A stretch of DNA of 64,000 nucleotides from contig JBGARZ010000006.1 in the NCBI GenBank assembly GCA_044229975.1, positions 192,001 to 256,000 of the forward strand, given 5' to 3'. The notes under the pieces are model-generated. The model searched no databases. It had not been told where the DNA came from and saw only the letters and a program-made list of their open reading frames with translations. The stretch comes from Polyangiales bacterium (GTDB taxonomy: Bacteria > Myxococcota_A > Polyangia > Polyangiales > Ga0077539). Positions 17,498-27,703 of this stretch are shown here, in pieces; within the stretch, counting starts at the first letter, position 1, and each line of letters opens with the position of its first letter. A program made the position numbers and the translations under genes.

Positions 17498-18154
17498 ATG
17501 AAGCACCCACCCAGCACCGCGGTCATCGAGGTCGACCTGCACCACGTGCTGTGGTTCACGCGGGGGAAGGGCTGGGACTACACCTTCCTGCTCTGTCCGC
17601 TGCTGCCGCGCATCGTCGACCCCGTCGACCTCTGCGCGCGCATCTTCGAGGGCCTCACCATCCGCTTCGGGCCGCACTCGATCACGGGGCGCGTGCGGGA
17701 CGGCCATGAGCAGCGGGGATACCTCGCGACGACCTTCTTCGACCCCGTGCGGCGCGACGAGGCCAACCAGCCGGTCGCGCATCACCTCGTGTGGTTTCCG
17801 CCCGACGGGCAGACCCGCCAGGTGGCGCCGACCGACTGGGGACCGCAGCTCGTGGCCGCGATGCGCGCTCCCTACGACGCGGTGTCACCGGTCTTCATGC
17901 AGAGCGTCTTCGGCTTCGATCCGCACCAGCGCATCCGCCAGCTCTTCGCTGCCGAGCTCGCGCACCTCAGCCCTCGCGTGCGGGTCGAGGGGCCTGCGAT
18001 CATGATCTATCGGACCGACGTGGTGCTCGCGGTGGACGAGTCGTTCGCAACGCGGGCGCGCTGGTGGCGGCGTTGGCCGCGACTGGCCGCGGTGCTGGTG
18101 TGGTTGGGCGTGGCGCTGGCGCTGTGGATGATCGGGAAGGTGCTTGGGTGGTAG
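17498..18154 (+). CDS. Hypothetical protein with C-terminal membrane anchor
   Basis: Plausible coding composition; hydrophobic C-terminus after RWWRRW; no family recognised. Confidence 0.6.
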   Translation: MKHPPSTAVIEVDLHHVLWFTRGKGWDYTFLLCPLLPRIVDPVDLCARIFEGLTIRFGPHSITGRVRDGHEQRGYLATTFFDPVRRDEANQPVAHHLVWFPPDGQTRQVAPTDWGPQLVAAMRAPYDAVSPVFMQSVFGFDPHQRIRQLFAAELAHLSPRVRVEGPAIMIYRTDVVLAVDESFATRARWWRRWPRLAAVLVWLGVALALWMIGKVLGW

Positions 18155-18175
18155 GGCCGCGCACTGATGGCGTGA

Positions 18176-18221
18176 GCGGTCTCGTCCCTGGCGGGTAAGG
18201 CCGGGGACTGACGGCCTGGAG
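18176..18221. repeat. Single diverged copy of the 1462-1596 repeat arm
   Basis: gcggtctcgtccctggcgggtaaggccggggactgacggcctggag aligns with gcggtcacgtccctccgggtaaggacggggactgacggcgtgggag; lies between convergent genes. Confidence 0.8.
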
Positions 18222-18228
18222 GGAGGCG

Positions 18229-19869
<1,641 letters not shown>

Positions 19870-19963
19870 GGCGCCCGTTGGATCGCACAACCCACGGATC
19901 GGTCAAGCGCGCTGACACAGTGTCGGCTGTGTCGGGTGTGTCAGCCGCAGTTGCATGCGTTCT

Positions 19964-20086
19964 CTGGGACTTACGCCGCAGCGTCAGCGCGGCGCGCGAT
20001 CGACGTGCCCGCCGCTGACGGTCCGGAACAAGGGACTGCAAGCGTGGCAGTCCCGCGCCGCGCTGACGCTGCGGCGTAAGCCCCAG
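19964..20086. repeat. 33-bp inverted repeat (1 mismatch) with internal hairpin; REPIN-like
   Basis: ctgggacttacgccgcagcgtcagcgcggcgcg (19964-19996) / cgcgccgcgctgacgctgcggcgtaagccccag (20054-20086); inner gggactgc...gcagtccc. Confidence 0.9.
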
Positions 20087-20133
20087 GGACGCACGCACCT
20101 CACGGGCACACTTCGTGAGAAGCGCCGTCTCCC

Positions 20134-21357
20134 ATGAAGATCCGGATGATGGCCTACAAGGGCATTCCGACGCTGTGCATCCCGCATCAGAGCGCCGGCG
20201 TCATCGAGTCGCCCGACCGCGACGTGAAGGTCGGCGCCGCCGCCAACTTCGTCGCGCTCAACGGTGATCAGTGTCCCTGCGCCGCGGGCGGGCCCGACCT
20301 CATCATGGCGGGCATGACGGACATCGTGGTCGGCGATGTTCCGGTCGCGGGGTGGATGCACCACACGTCGCACAACACGTCGTCGCCGATGACGCCCGTC
20401 GCGATGGTCGAGTGGGGCGAGACGTGGATTCTCATGGGCGGCGGGTCGACCGTGGGCAACATCCAGGCTTCGCTCGCGGCGTGCCGGTGCCTCCAGGCGG
20501 GACGCACCAACAAGAGCCCCAACCAGTCGGGTCAGAACTGCGGCGTCGAGTCGATGCGGCAGATCATCAACGCCAAGCGCAAGCGCGAGGGAAAGCCCGA
20601 GCTCAGCGAAGACGAGATGCTCGACGACACGCTGAAGAACGGCGACTCGTACATCACGCCCGACAAGCACGCGCAGTGGGACGCGACGCTCATCCAGAAG
20701 GACAACGAGATCCGCGCGGCCCAGGCGCGCCTCGCCGCCGCCGAGAAGGCCTACGCGGACTCGCAGCACATCTGGAACGCCAACCAGGGCGACGCCGAGA
20801 AGCTCAGGGCGCTGGAGAAGGCGCGACAGACCTACAAGTCCGAGAGCAAGGCGATCCTGGAGGACCCGCGCTCGGGCTCGCTCATCGGCACCGAGACGGA
20901 GCTGCACGAGCAGGCCGCCGAGGCGCGCGAGCGGCAGAAGCAGCGCGCCGAGGCGGCCATGAGCAACGGCGACTACGCCAACAACAAGGACCGCTACTGG
21001 GCCGGCGGCACGCTGCCCGATCAGCAGCGCAGCACGCTCAAGCGCCACGGCATCGAGACCACCGAGGTCAGCCAGGACCCGAGCACCGCCCAGAACATGA
21101 CCGACCTCGAAGACGCCGTCGGCAAGGGCAAGGGCGTGATCATCGGCGTGAAGGCGGGTCAGTTGTGGGGCGACAACACGCAAGGCGGCCACGCCGTGCT
21201 GCTCACGGGCGTGGAGTACGACGAGAACGGTCAGGTGGTCGGCTACGTCACCAACGACACCGCGAAGGGCTGCGGCCGCCGGGTGCCGAAGGACCAGCTC
21301 CGCGGGGCGCTCCGGCCGGAGCTCAACGCCACCGTGACGCGCGACCCGGTCTGGTAG
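20134..21357 (+). CDS. PAAR-like domain fused to C39-like cysteine peptidase (putative T6SS effector)
   Basis: N-terminal ~100 aa with repeated PAAR-like units and Cys/His; QNCGVESMRQII, GGHAVLLTG and VTNDT fit a C39/papain triad; directly upstream of vgrG. Confidence 0.7.
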   Translation: MKIRMMAYKGIPTLCIPHQSAGVIESPDRDVKVGAAANFVALNGDQCPCAAGGPDLIMAGMTDIVVGDVPVAGWMHHTSHNTSSPMTPVAMVEWGETWILMGGGSTVGNIQASLAACRCLQAGRTNKSPNQSGQNCGVESMRQIINAKRKREGKPELSEDEMLDDTLKNGDSYITPDKHAQWDATLIQKDNEIRAAQARLAAAEKAYADSQHIWNANQGDAEKLRALEKARQTYKSESKAILEDPRSGSLIGTETELHEQAAEARERQKQRAEAAMSNGDYANNKDRYWAGGTLPDQQRSTLKRHGIETTEVSQDPSTAQNMTDLEDAVGKGKGVIIGVKAGQLWGDNTQGGHAVLLTGVEYDENGQVVGYVTNDTAKGCGRRVPKDQLRGALRPELNATVTRDPVW

Positions 21358-21379
21358 CGGGAAGAGAAGGTCAGTGAAC

Positions 21380-23890
21380 ATGAATGACGAATCAGGGACG
21401 GCGCTGCGGCGCTTCGAGATCAGCGTTGGGCCCTACGCTTCGGGCGAGCTCGACGTGCGCTCCTTCAAGGGACGCGAGGAGGTCTCGCGACCGTTCAGCT
21501 TCGAGGTCGTGGTCGCGACCACCGTCGACGCCGAGGCGCTCGAAGACGAGCTCCTGGGAGCCGTCGCGCGCTTCACCATCAACCTCCCCGACCACGGCGT
21601 CAGGGTCATCGAAGGCGTGGTCACCGAGCTGCGCGCGCGCGAAGACCTGCTGCCCCACGTGCGCCACCAGTGTCGGCTGCGCATCGAACCGCGGCTGAGC
21701 CTCGCGGCCCTGCGTCGCGACACGCGCATCTTCCAGAACCTCACGGTCACCGAGATCATCGACGCCGTGCTGCGCGAGCATCACGTCGAGTGCGAGTGGC
21801 GCCTCGACGCGCGCTACCCCGCGCGCACCTACTGCGTGCAGTACGAGGAGAGCGACCTCGCGTTCGTGCAGCGATTGCTGGCCGAGGAGGGGATCTTCTA
21901 CGTGTTCGCGCCGCCGTCGGATGATGGCCGCGAGCGCATCGTGTGCCTCGACGTGGCCGAAGGGTACGAGGCCATCGAAGGCGACCCGACGCTCATCTAC
22001 CAGGAGGCCGAGGGGATGGTCGGCGGCAGCGAGCACGTGCACCGCTTCAAGCTGGAGCGGCGGGTGCGTTCGGGCTCCGTCGCGCTGCACGACTTCGACT
22101 TCGAGCGGCCCTCCCTCGACCTCTCCGCGAAGGACCGCCTGGAGGCGCCCGCGAAGCGCGTCGACGAGCGCGCGCTGGAGGTCTACGAGCACCACGGCGA
22201 GCACCACGACCCTGATGTTCGGCGCACGCTCGTGCGCGGGATGCTCGGTGGACTGCGCGCTGATGCGACGCTGGCGACGGGCCGCAGCGGTTGCCGGAGA
22301 CTGGCGCCTGGGAAGACGTTTACGCTCGTCGAGCACGAGGTGGCGCGGCTCAACCAGCGCTACGCGGTGACGGCGCTGACGCACGAGGGGCACTGCGGCG
22401 AGGCGGCCGAGCGGGAGGAGCGCGGGTCCAAGGAGCTCGCGCTGCGACCGACGTACGAGAACCGCTTCGAGTGTGTTCCGGCGGAGGTGGCGTATCGCCC
22501 GGCGAGGGGCGAGCGGCGTCGCGCGCAGGTGGTGGAGACGGCGACGGTGGTGGGCCCGGCGGGCGAGGAGATCTACGTCGACCCGCTCGGGCGCATCAAG
22601 GTGCAGTTTCACTGGGACCGCCACGGAAAGAACGACGAGAGCAGCTCATGCTGGATCCGCGTGGCGCAGGCGTGGGCGGGCGCGGGGTGGGGGTTTCAGT
22701 TCATCCCGCGCATCGGGATGGAGGTGCTGGTGACCTTCCTCGGCGGCGACCTCGACCGGCCGATGGTGACGGGTTGTGTGTTCAACGGCGAGCACCCGCT
22801 GCCGTACGCGCTGCCCGGCCAGAAGACCCGCAGCGGGATTCGTACGTCGAGCACGCCGGGCAACGACGGCTCCAACGAGCTGCGCTTCGACGACGCGAAG
22901 GGGCGCGAGCAGGTCTACGTGCACGCCGAGCGCGACTACGACCAGGTGGTGGAGAACAACCGCAGCGACGTCACGCACGGCCACGAGACGCGCGTCGTCG
23001 ACAAGAACCGCAGCCGCACCGTTCGCGGCCACGAGACGGTGGCCATCGGGCACTCGCAGAAGGTGAGCGTCGACGGCGACCACGTACGCACCGTGAAGGG
23101 CAACGAGGTGGTGACGGTTCATCGCAACCTGGTGATGCACATCCTCGGTCACCAGGTGATCCACATCGACGGCAACGCGGCCGAGGGGACCGCGGACGAC
23201 GACGCGGCGGACGGAGCGACGGCGGCCGCGGCGGCGAGCAAGCTCGCGGCGGCGGCGGCGGGTCACGCGACGGGCGGCACCGGAGCGCGCGGTGGGGGAG
23301 CGGGTGACGTCGACGAGGTGGACTCGACGCGCATCCCGACGAGCGAGGTGCTGTCGCGGATGATGGCGATGCCGAAGATGACCGAGGCGCTCAACGCCAT
23401 CGCCGAGGAGCCGCGGGTGGCCGAGGCGCTCGCGGGCCTGGCGGGTCACTCGAAGCTCGTGGAGGTGCTCACGACGGTGGCGGGCGAGCCGAAGGTGCAG
23501 GAGGCGATGAAGGTCATTGGCAGCAAGACGACGGCGGCGCTGCTGCTGCGCGGGCGCTCGCTGGTGCGCGGCAAGAGCGACCCGGCGCAGCTGGTGGCGG
23601 AGCTGCGGCCCGACAGCGTGGACATCCCCGAGAGCGTGGTGCGCGATGTGACCGAGGCGGCGAAGCGCGGCGTGGTGCGCGGCGGCGGCGGTGCGATCAA
23701 CGCGTTTTCAAGGGACTTCAAGGATCCGAAGCACTCGTCGATGACCATCAACGGGAAGGGCGACATCGACGCGTCGGAGGGCTTCAAGATTTCGGCGGGC
23801 GGGTCGTTCATCGAGGTGACGCCCGCGGGCATCACCATCAAGGGCCCGATCGTCACCATCGACGGCCACCCCATCAAGCTCAACTGCTGA
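21380..23890 (+). CDS. vgrG: Type VI secretion spike protein VgrG/TssI
   Basis: YCVQYEESDLAFVQRLLAEEGI, GRIKVQFHWDR, SSCWIRVAQ, IPRIGMEVLVTFLGGDLDRP, gp5-like repeats. Confidence 0.95.
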   Translation: MNDESGTALRRFEISVGPYASGELDVRSFKGREEVSRPFSFEVVVATTVDAEALEDELLGAVARFTINLPDHGVRVIEGVVTELRAREDLLPHVRHQCRLRIEPRLSLAALRRDTRIFQNLTVTEIIDAVLREHHVECEWRLDARYPARTYCVQYEESDLAFVQRLLAEEGIFYVFAPPSDDGRERIVCLDVAEGYEAIEGDPTLIYQEAEGMVGGSEHVHRFKLERRVRSGSVALHDFDFERPSLDLSAKDRLEAPAKRVDERALEVYEHHGEHHDPDVRRTLVRGMLGGLRADATLATGRSGCRRLAPGKTFTLVEHEVARLNQRYAVTALTHEGHCGEAAEREERGSKELALRPTYENRFECVPAEVAYRPARGERRRAQVVETATVVGPAGEEIYVDPLGRIKVQFHWDRHGKNDESSSCWIRVAQAWAGAGWGFQFIPRIGMEVLVTFLGGDLDRPMVTGCVFNGEHPLPYALPGQKTRSGIRTSSTPGNDGSNELRFDDAKGREQVYVHAERDYDQVVENNRSDVTHGHETRVVDKNRSRTVRGHETVAIGHSQKVSVDGDHVRTVKGNEVVTVHRNLVMHILGHQVIHIDGNAAEGTADDDAADGATAAAAASKLAAAAAGHATGGTGARGGGAGDVDEVDSTRIPTSEVLSRMMAMPKMTEALNAIAEEPRVAEALAGLAGHSKLVEVLTTVAGEPKVQEAMKVIGSKTTAALLLRGRSLVRGKSDPAQLVAELRPDSVDIPESVVRDVTEAAKRGVVRGGGGAINAFSRDFKDPKHSSMTINGKGDIDASEGFKISAGGSFIEVTPAGITIKGPIVTIDGHPIKLNC

Positions 23891-23893
23891 CCG

Positions 23894-24421
23894 ATGAGCG
23901 CGCGCATACAGAAGGACAGCGGGTTCTCGGTGGTGGTGCACGACGAGCGCTACGAGGTGACGGGGTCGACGATGGCGCAGCTCCGCGCGATGGCGGCGCT
24001 GCTCGGGCCGGGCAAGGGCGGCGAGCGCTACGTGGCGTACACCGCGTGGGAGCTGCGCTGGGAGTACACGCGGGCGGTGGGCGATCGCGGGTGGTGCCTG
24101 GCGGGCGCGAAGGTGACGACGGTGGCGACGCGGACGCTGCCGCGATGGACGCCAGCGCGCTCGGCGGACGCAGCGGTGGTGGCGCACTGGGACGACTACG
24201 TGGCGGCGCTGGCCGAACACGAAGAGGGCCACGTGCTCATCGGCGCGGAAGCGGGCCGCGCGCTGTACGAGGCGCTCAAGGGGCTGCCACCGTGCGCGAC
24301 GAGAGAGGCGCTGGACGCGCTGGCGGGAGAGACCGCCGCGCGGGTGTCGGAGGAGTACCGGGTGCTGGAGGTGGCGTACGACGCGGAGACGGGGCACGGG
24401 GCGACGCAGGGGTGTGCGTGA
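23894..24421 (+). CDS. DUF922-like putative Zn-dependent protease
   Basis: YEVTGST, TLPRW, LAEHEEGH, YDAETGHGATQG. Confidence 0.75.
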   Translation: MSARIQKDSGFSVVVHDERYEVTGSTMAQLRAMAALLGPGKGGERYVAYTAWELRWEYTRAVGDRGWCLAGAKVTTVATRTLPRWTPARSADAAVVAHWDDYVAALAEHEEGHVLIGAEAGRALYEALKGLPPCATREALDALAGETAARVSEEYRVLEVAYDAETGHGATQGCA

Positions 24422-24457
24422 TCGGACGAGTCAGCGCGGGTCGCGTGCGGTGTGACG

Positions 24458-24629
24458 GGGAGAAGCCGCAGGGGCGCGAGGGTCGCAAGGGAAAGAAAGA
24501 GCAAATGAGGGACGAAAGGTTGCGATGTGTGATCCGAGGCTTGTCGCGTTGAAGCCACACATCGCAGAGCTTGGGCTCGCGAGGAGCATCTCCTGTCCTC
24601 GCGACCCTTGCGCCCTTGCGGCTACTCCC
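24458..24629. repeat. Imperfect inverted repeat of ~9-nt-periodic arms (gccgcaagggcgcgagggtcgcaaggga family), copy 1
   Basis: Arms ~24458-24491 and ~24596-24629; inner stem tgcgatgtgtg/cacacatcgca (24521-24566); second copy at 37891-38020. Confidence 0.85.
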
Positions 24630-27423
24630 GCCGCCGCCTCTTCCCCGCCATCCACAACCCGACCACCACCACGCCCATCCACCCCTTCGCTCCGCTCGTG
24701 CGCCCCGGCACCGCGCACCCGCAGCCGTCGTCGCCGCCCGCCACCACTGGCGTGCCCGTGTCCATCGTCGCGCCCGCGTCTGTCGCCGTCGCCGCGTCCA
24801 TCGCCACCACGCCGCCATCCACCACCGGCACCGGCAGCGGAACCGTCCCCGGCGGCGGCGTCATCGCCGCGGGCAGCGCACGCCGATCGAAGTCGAAGCG
24901 CGCCGGCTCGCTGAGCGCCATCGTCGCCAGATAGAACAGCGTCGCCTCCCACAGGTGCGGGATGGACACCCGGTTCTCGCGGCCCACCACTCCACCGTCC
25001 GGCCCGCGCATCGTGACGAACACCTCGCCCATCACCTGCGTGTCCTCGCTGATGACATCGCGCGACAGGCGCACCAGCGCCTCCTCCACCAGCGGGCGCA
25101 GCGTCGGGTCACCACCGCGCGACACGAACACCGCCGCCGACAGCATGGTCTTCGTGAGGTACGCGCCGCCCTCGGTCCCGGTGTCGCCGCGGAGCTGCGC
25201 GAGGATCTGCTCCATGTCGCCGCGCATCTGCCGCGCCATGCGCTCATCGCTCACCGGGAACATCGACGCCGGCCACACCATCCACGCCGTCGCGCCCAGC
25301 GCCGACGAGCCCGGGTTGCTCGCCGCCGCGCCGGTCACGTCGTTGACGAAGCGCTGCGTGCGCGTGTCGTAGAAGCGCCGCGTGAGCGCATCGCGCAGCT
25401 CTGACGCTCGCCGCTCCCAGCGCGCGGCCACCGTCGGCTGACCCATCAACCGGGCCACCCGCGCCGACGCTTCGAGCGCCGCGAACACCGTCGTGCCGCC
25501 GTGCATCGTCGCCGAGAACGCCGCGTTGTCGTCCTCGTTGGCCAGCGCGTGCAGCCCCGTCTCCGCGTCGCGCCAGTCGGCCAGCAGGTCGGCGCTGCGC
25601 TGGATGCGCGGCCACCAGCGCGTCGCCACCGTCATGCGCTCGGACTCGGGGAGAAACGCGAGGTGCGTCGACGCCGACCAGATCATCAGCGCGGTGTTGT
25701 CGATCTCGAAGCGGAAGAACCCGCCCATCGCGCCGGTGTTGTAGTAGTTCATCTCCCACGCGGCCTCGGGGTACTGCCGGGTGCCAGTGCGCGGGTCGAT
25801 GGGCGGCCGCGGGTCGGTGAGGATGTTGGTGTCCGACTGCCCGAGCGGCATCTCCCGCTGCAACGGCAGCGCCCAGTCGAGCCGCCGCGTGGACATCGCC
25901 GGCAATCCCCCGACGTCGAACGCGTCGTCGAAGAACGCCCCATCCCGCGGCCAGTCGAGCCCGTACGGCGCCTGGCGCGCGATGGAGGCCACCACCATGC
26001 CCGTGGTGGCATCAGTCCCGTTGATGACGTGGAGCATCGCCCGGTGCGCCGCCCGCACGATGCGCGCGCGATCGGCCGAGGGGATGGTGTCGGGCAGGTG
26101 TTCGGGCAGCACGAGGGCGCCCGCGCGGCGCGTCCACTCGGCGCTGTCGCGCGCGATGATGGCATCGGCCGTGAGCCCGCGCGCGGTGGTGTACGCGCCC
26201 CTCGCCTCGGTGGCCGTCGCGCCGAAGGCGATGAACACGCGGGCCTCGCCGTTCATACCCGTGACGGTAAACGGAACCCGCATGGCGGAGTCGTTGAGGT
26301 ACGCGGCGACGGGGTTGCCTGCGAGGCTGTTGGTGTTGGCGAGCGACCACGCGGAGGGCGTGCTGCGGGTCCAGTTGCGGGCCGCCGAGACGCGCGACGG
26401 ACGCACGGCGTCGGGGCAGCGGAATCCGCTGGCGAGCCCCGGGTCGAGCGGCAGCGGGATGCCCGACGTGCGCAGCGCGAGCACGTTGTCGACGAGGCGC
26501 CCGAGCTCGTCGCAGAAGTCGTCGCCCTCGCGACCGGCGTGGAAGGCATCGGCCCGCGGCTCGCTGCCCACCACCGCATAGACGCCGGGCATGAAGGTCG
26601 TATCGAGCGACGCAGCCACGGCATCGACGTCGGCGGTGAGGTCGCCATCGCGGCGAAGCAGCGCGTCGAGCGGGCCGAAGTGGTCGGCGGGAAACGCCGC
26701 GCCGCCGAGCAGCGAGGGGATGTCGGTGATGGGCGCGCGATCGCGCGGGCGGAAGTGCACGAAGGCCCCGAGGGCGCTGTCGTGGACGACGCCGAAGTCG
26801 TTGCGGCTGTCGGCGAGGACGTCGCCGAAGGGGAGTCGCGGGACGACGTTCTGGGTGAGGCCGAGGTTGCTGTGCACCATGAGCGCGATGCTGCGGATGC
26901 CCATGCCCGCCGCATCGTTGCTGCGCACATAACGAACGCGCCGCTGGAGCACGTCGGGCGACGGGAGCACGGCGTCGTCGAGGGTGACGGTGAGCCCGCC
27001 GTCGACGCGGGTGAAGACCACGCGCGGCTGGAGGGAGTTTTCGTCGGCGTAGCTCGCGACGGCGCGCCACCGGGCGGGGTCATGAAACCACTCGACGCGC
27101 GTTCCAGCGGCCGTCTCGACGACGAGCCCCATGGCGACGCCGAAGCCCTCGCGGACGCCGGTGCGCGGTTGGGTGCGCGCGTCGAGGGCGTTGGTGGAGA
27201 GGTGCGTGAGCTGGTCGCAGCACGAGGGCGACGGCCAGGTGAGCACGGCGACGTCGCCGTCGCGCGTGATGCCCGCGCTGAGCCGGCCGTGACCCGCGAC
27301 CATGTGCAGCGGCGACGCGCCGAGGGCGTGCTCGACGGCGCTGAGTGCCACGGGGCGCGGCTGCGCGGCTGCGACGGAGGTGGCGAGGAGGAGCGCGAGG
27401 ACGGAGGCGACGCGGGTACGCAT
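24622..27423 (-). CDS. Secreted glycoside hydrolase family 15-like protein with MYXO-CTERM-like tail
   Basis: Signal peptide; YGLDWPRDG, FEIDNTAL, NEDD, PHLWEA; C-terminal GCGCAVPG + hydrophobic stretch + KRRRR. Confidence 0.75.
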   Translation of the reverse strand: MRTRVASVLALLLATSVAAAQPRPVALSAVEHALGASPLHMVAGHGRLSAGITRDGDVAVLTWPSPSCCDQLTHLSTNALDARTQPRTGVREGFGVAMGLVVETAAGTRVEWFHDPARWRAVASYADENSLQPRVVFTRVDGGLTVTLDDAVLPSPDVLQRRVRYVRSNDAAGMGIRSIALMVHSNLGLTQNVVPRLPFGDVLADSRNDFGVVHDSALGAFVHFRPRDRAPITDIPSLLGGAAFPADHFGPLDALLRRDGDLTADVDAVAASLDTTFMPGVYAVVGSEPRADAFHAGREGDDFCDELGRLVDNVLALRTSGIPLPLDPGLASGFRCPDAVRPSRVSAARNWTRSTPSAWSLANTNSLAGNPVAAYLNDSAMRVPFTVTGMNGEARVFIAFGATATEARGAYTTARGLTADAIIARDSAEWTRRAGALVLPEHLPDTIPSADRARIVRAAHRAMLHVINGTDATTGMVVASIARQAPYGLDWPRDGAFFDDAFDVGGLPAMSTRRLDWALPLQREMPLGQSDTNILTDPRPPIDPRTGTRQYPEAAWEMNYYNTGAMGGFFRFEIDNTALMIWSASTHLAFLPESERMTVATRWWPRIQRSADLLADWRDAETGLHALANEDDNAAFSATMHGGTTVFAALEASARVARLMGQPTVAARWERRASELRDALTRRFYDTRTQRFVNDVTGAAASNPGSSALGATAWMVWPASMFPVSDERMARQMRGDMEQILAQLRGDTGTEGGAYLTKTMLSAAVFVSRGGDPTLRPLVEEALVRLSRDVISEDTQVMGEVFVTMRGPDGGVVGRENRVSIPHLWEATLFYLATMALSEPARFDFDRRALPAAMTPPPGTVPLPVPVVDGGVVAMDAATATDAGATMDTGTPVVAGGDDGCGCAVPGRTSGAKGWMGVVVVGLWMAGKRRRRE

Positions 27424-27471
27424 GACGGCTACGGGAGTATCACGATTGGGGAGTGGGCCCGCTCGCCGTGC

Positions 27472-27693
27472 CGGAGTTCGCGTGACCCCATGAGCCCGGG
27501 TGCAGTCGCTCACTCCGGGCTATTTCAGGTGGTCACCTCGCTGCGCGAGGTTGCAGCACGGGTCTCAACGAAAAACCCAGTGACCTGTTCATCACCAACC
27601 GTGAGTCCCTGCAACCTCGCGCAGCGAGGTGACCACCTGAAATAGCCCGGAGTGAGCGACTGCACCCGGGCTCATGGGGTCACGCGAACTCCG
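27472..27693. repeat. Perfect 85-bp inverted repeat (27472-27556 / 27609-27693), 52-bp spacer; MITE/REPIN-like
   Basis: Arms are exact reverse complements; each arm contains internal hairpins (agcccgg...ccgggct; acctcgc-tgc-gcgaggt). Confidence 0.97.
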
Positions 27694-27703
27694 CCCGCTG
27701 ACG

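Noticed and set aside
19911..27693. Integron cassette array with palindromes as attC sites
   Set aside because: No RYYYAAC/GTTRRRY ends recognised, the repeats are of unrelated families, genes are not co-oriented and no integrase is present
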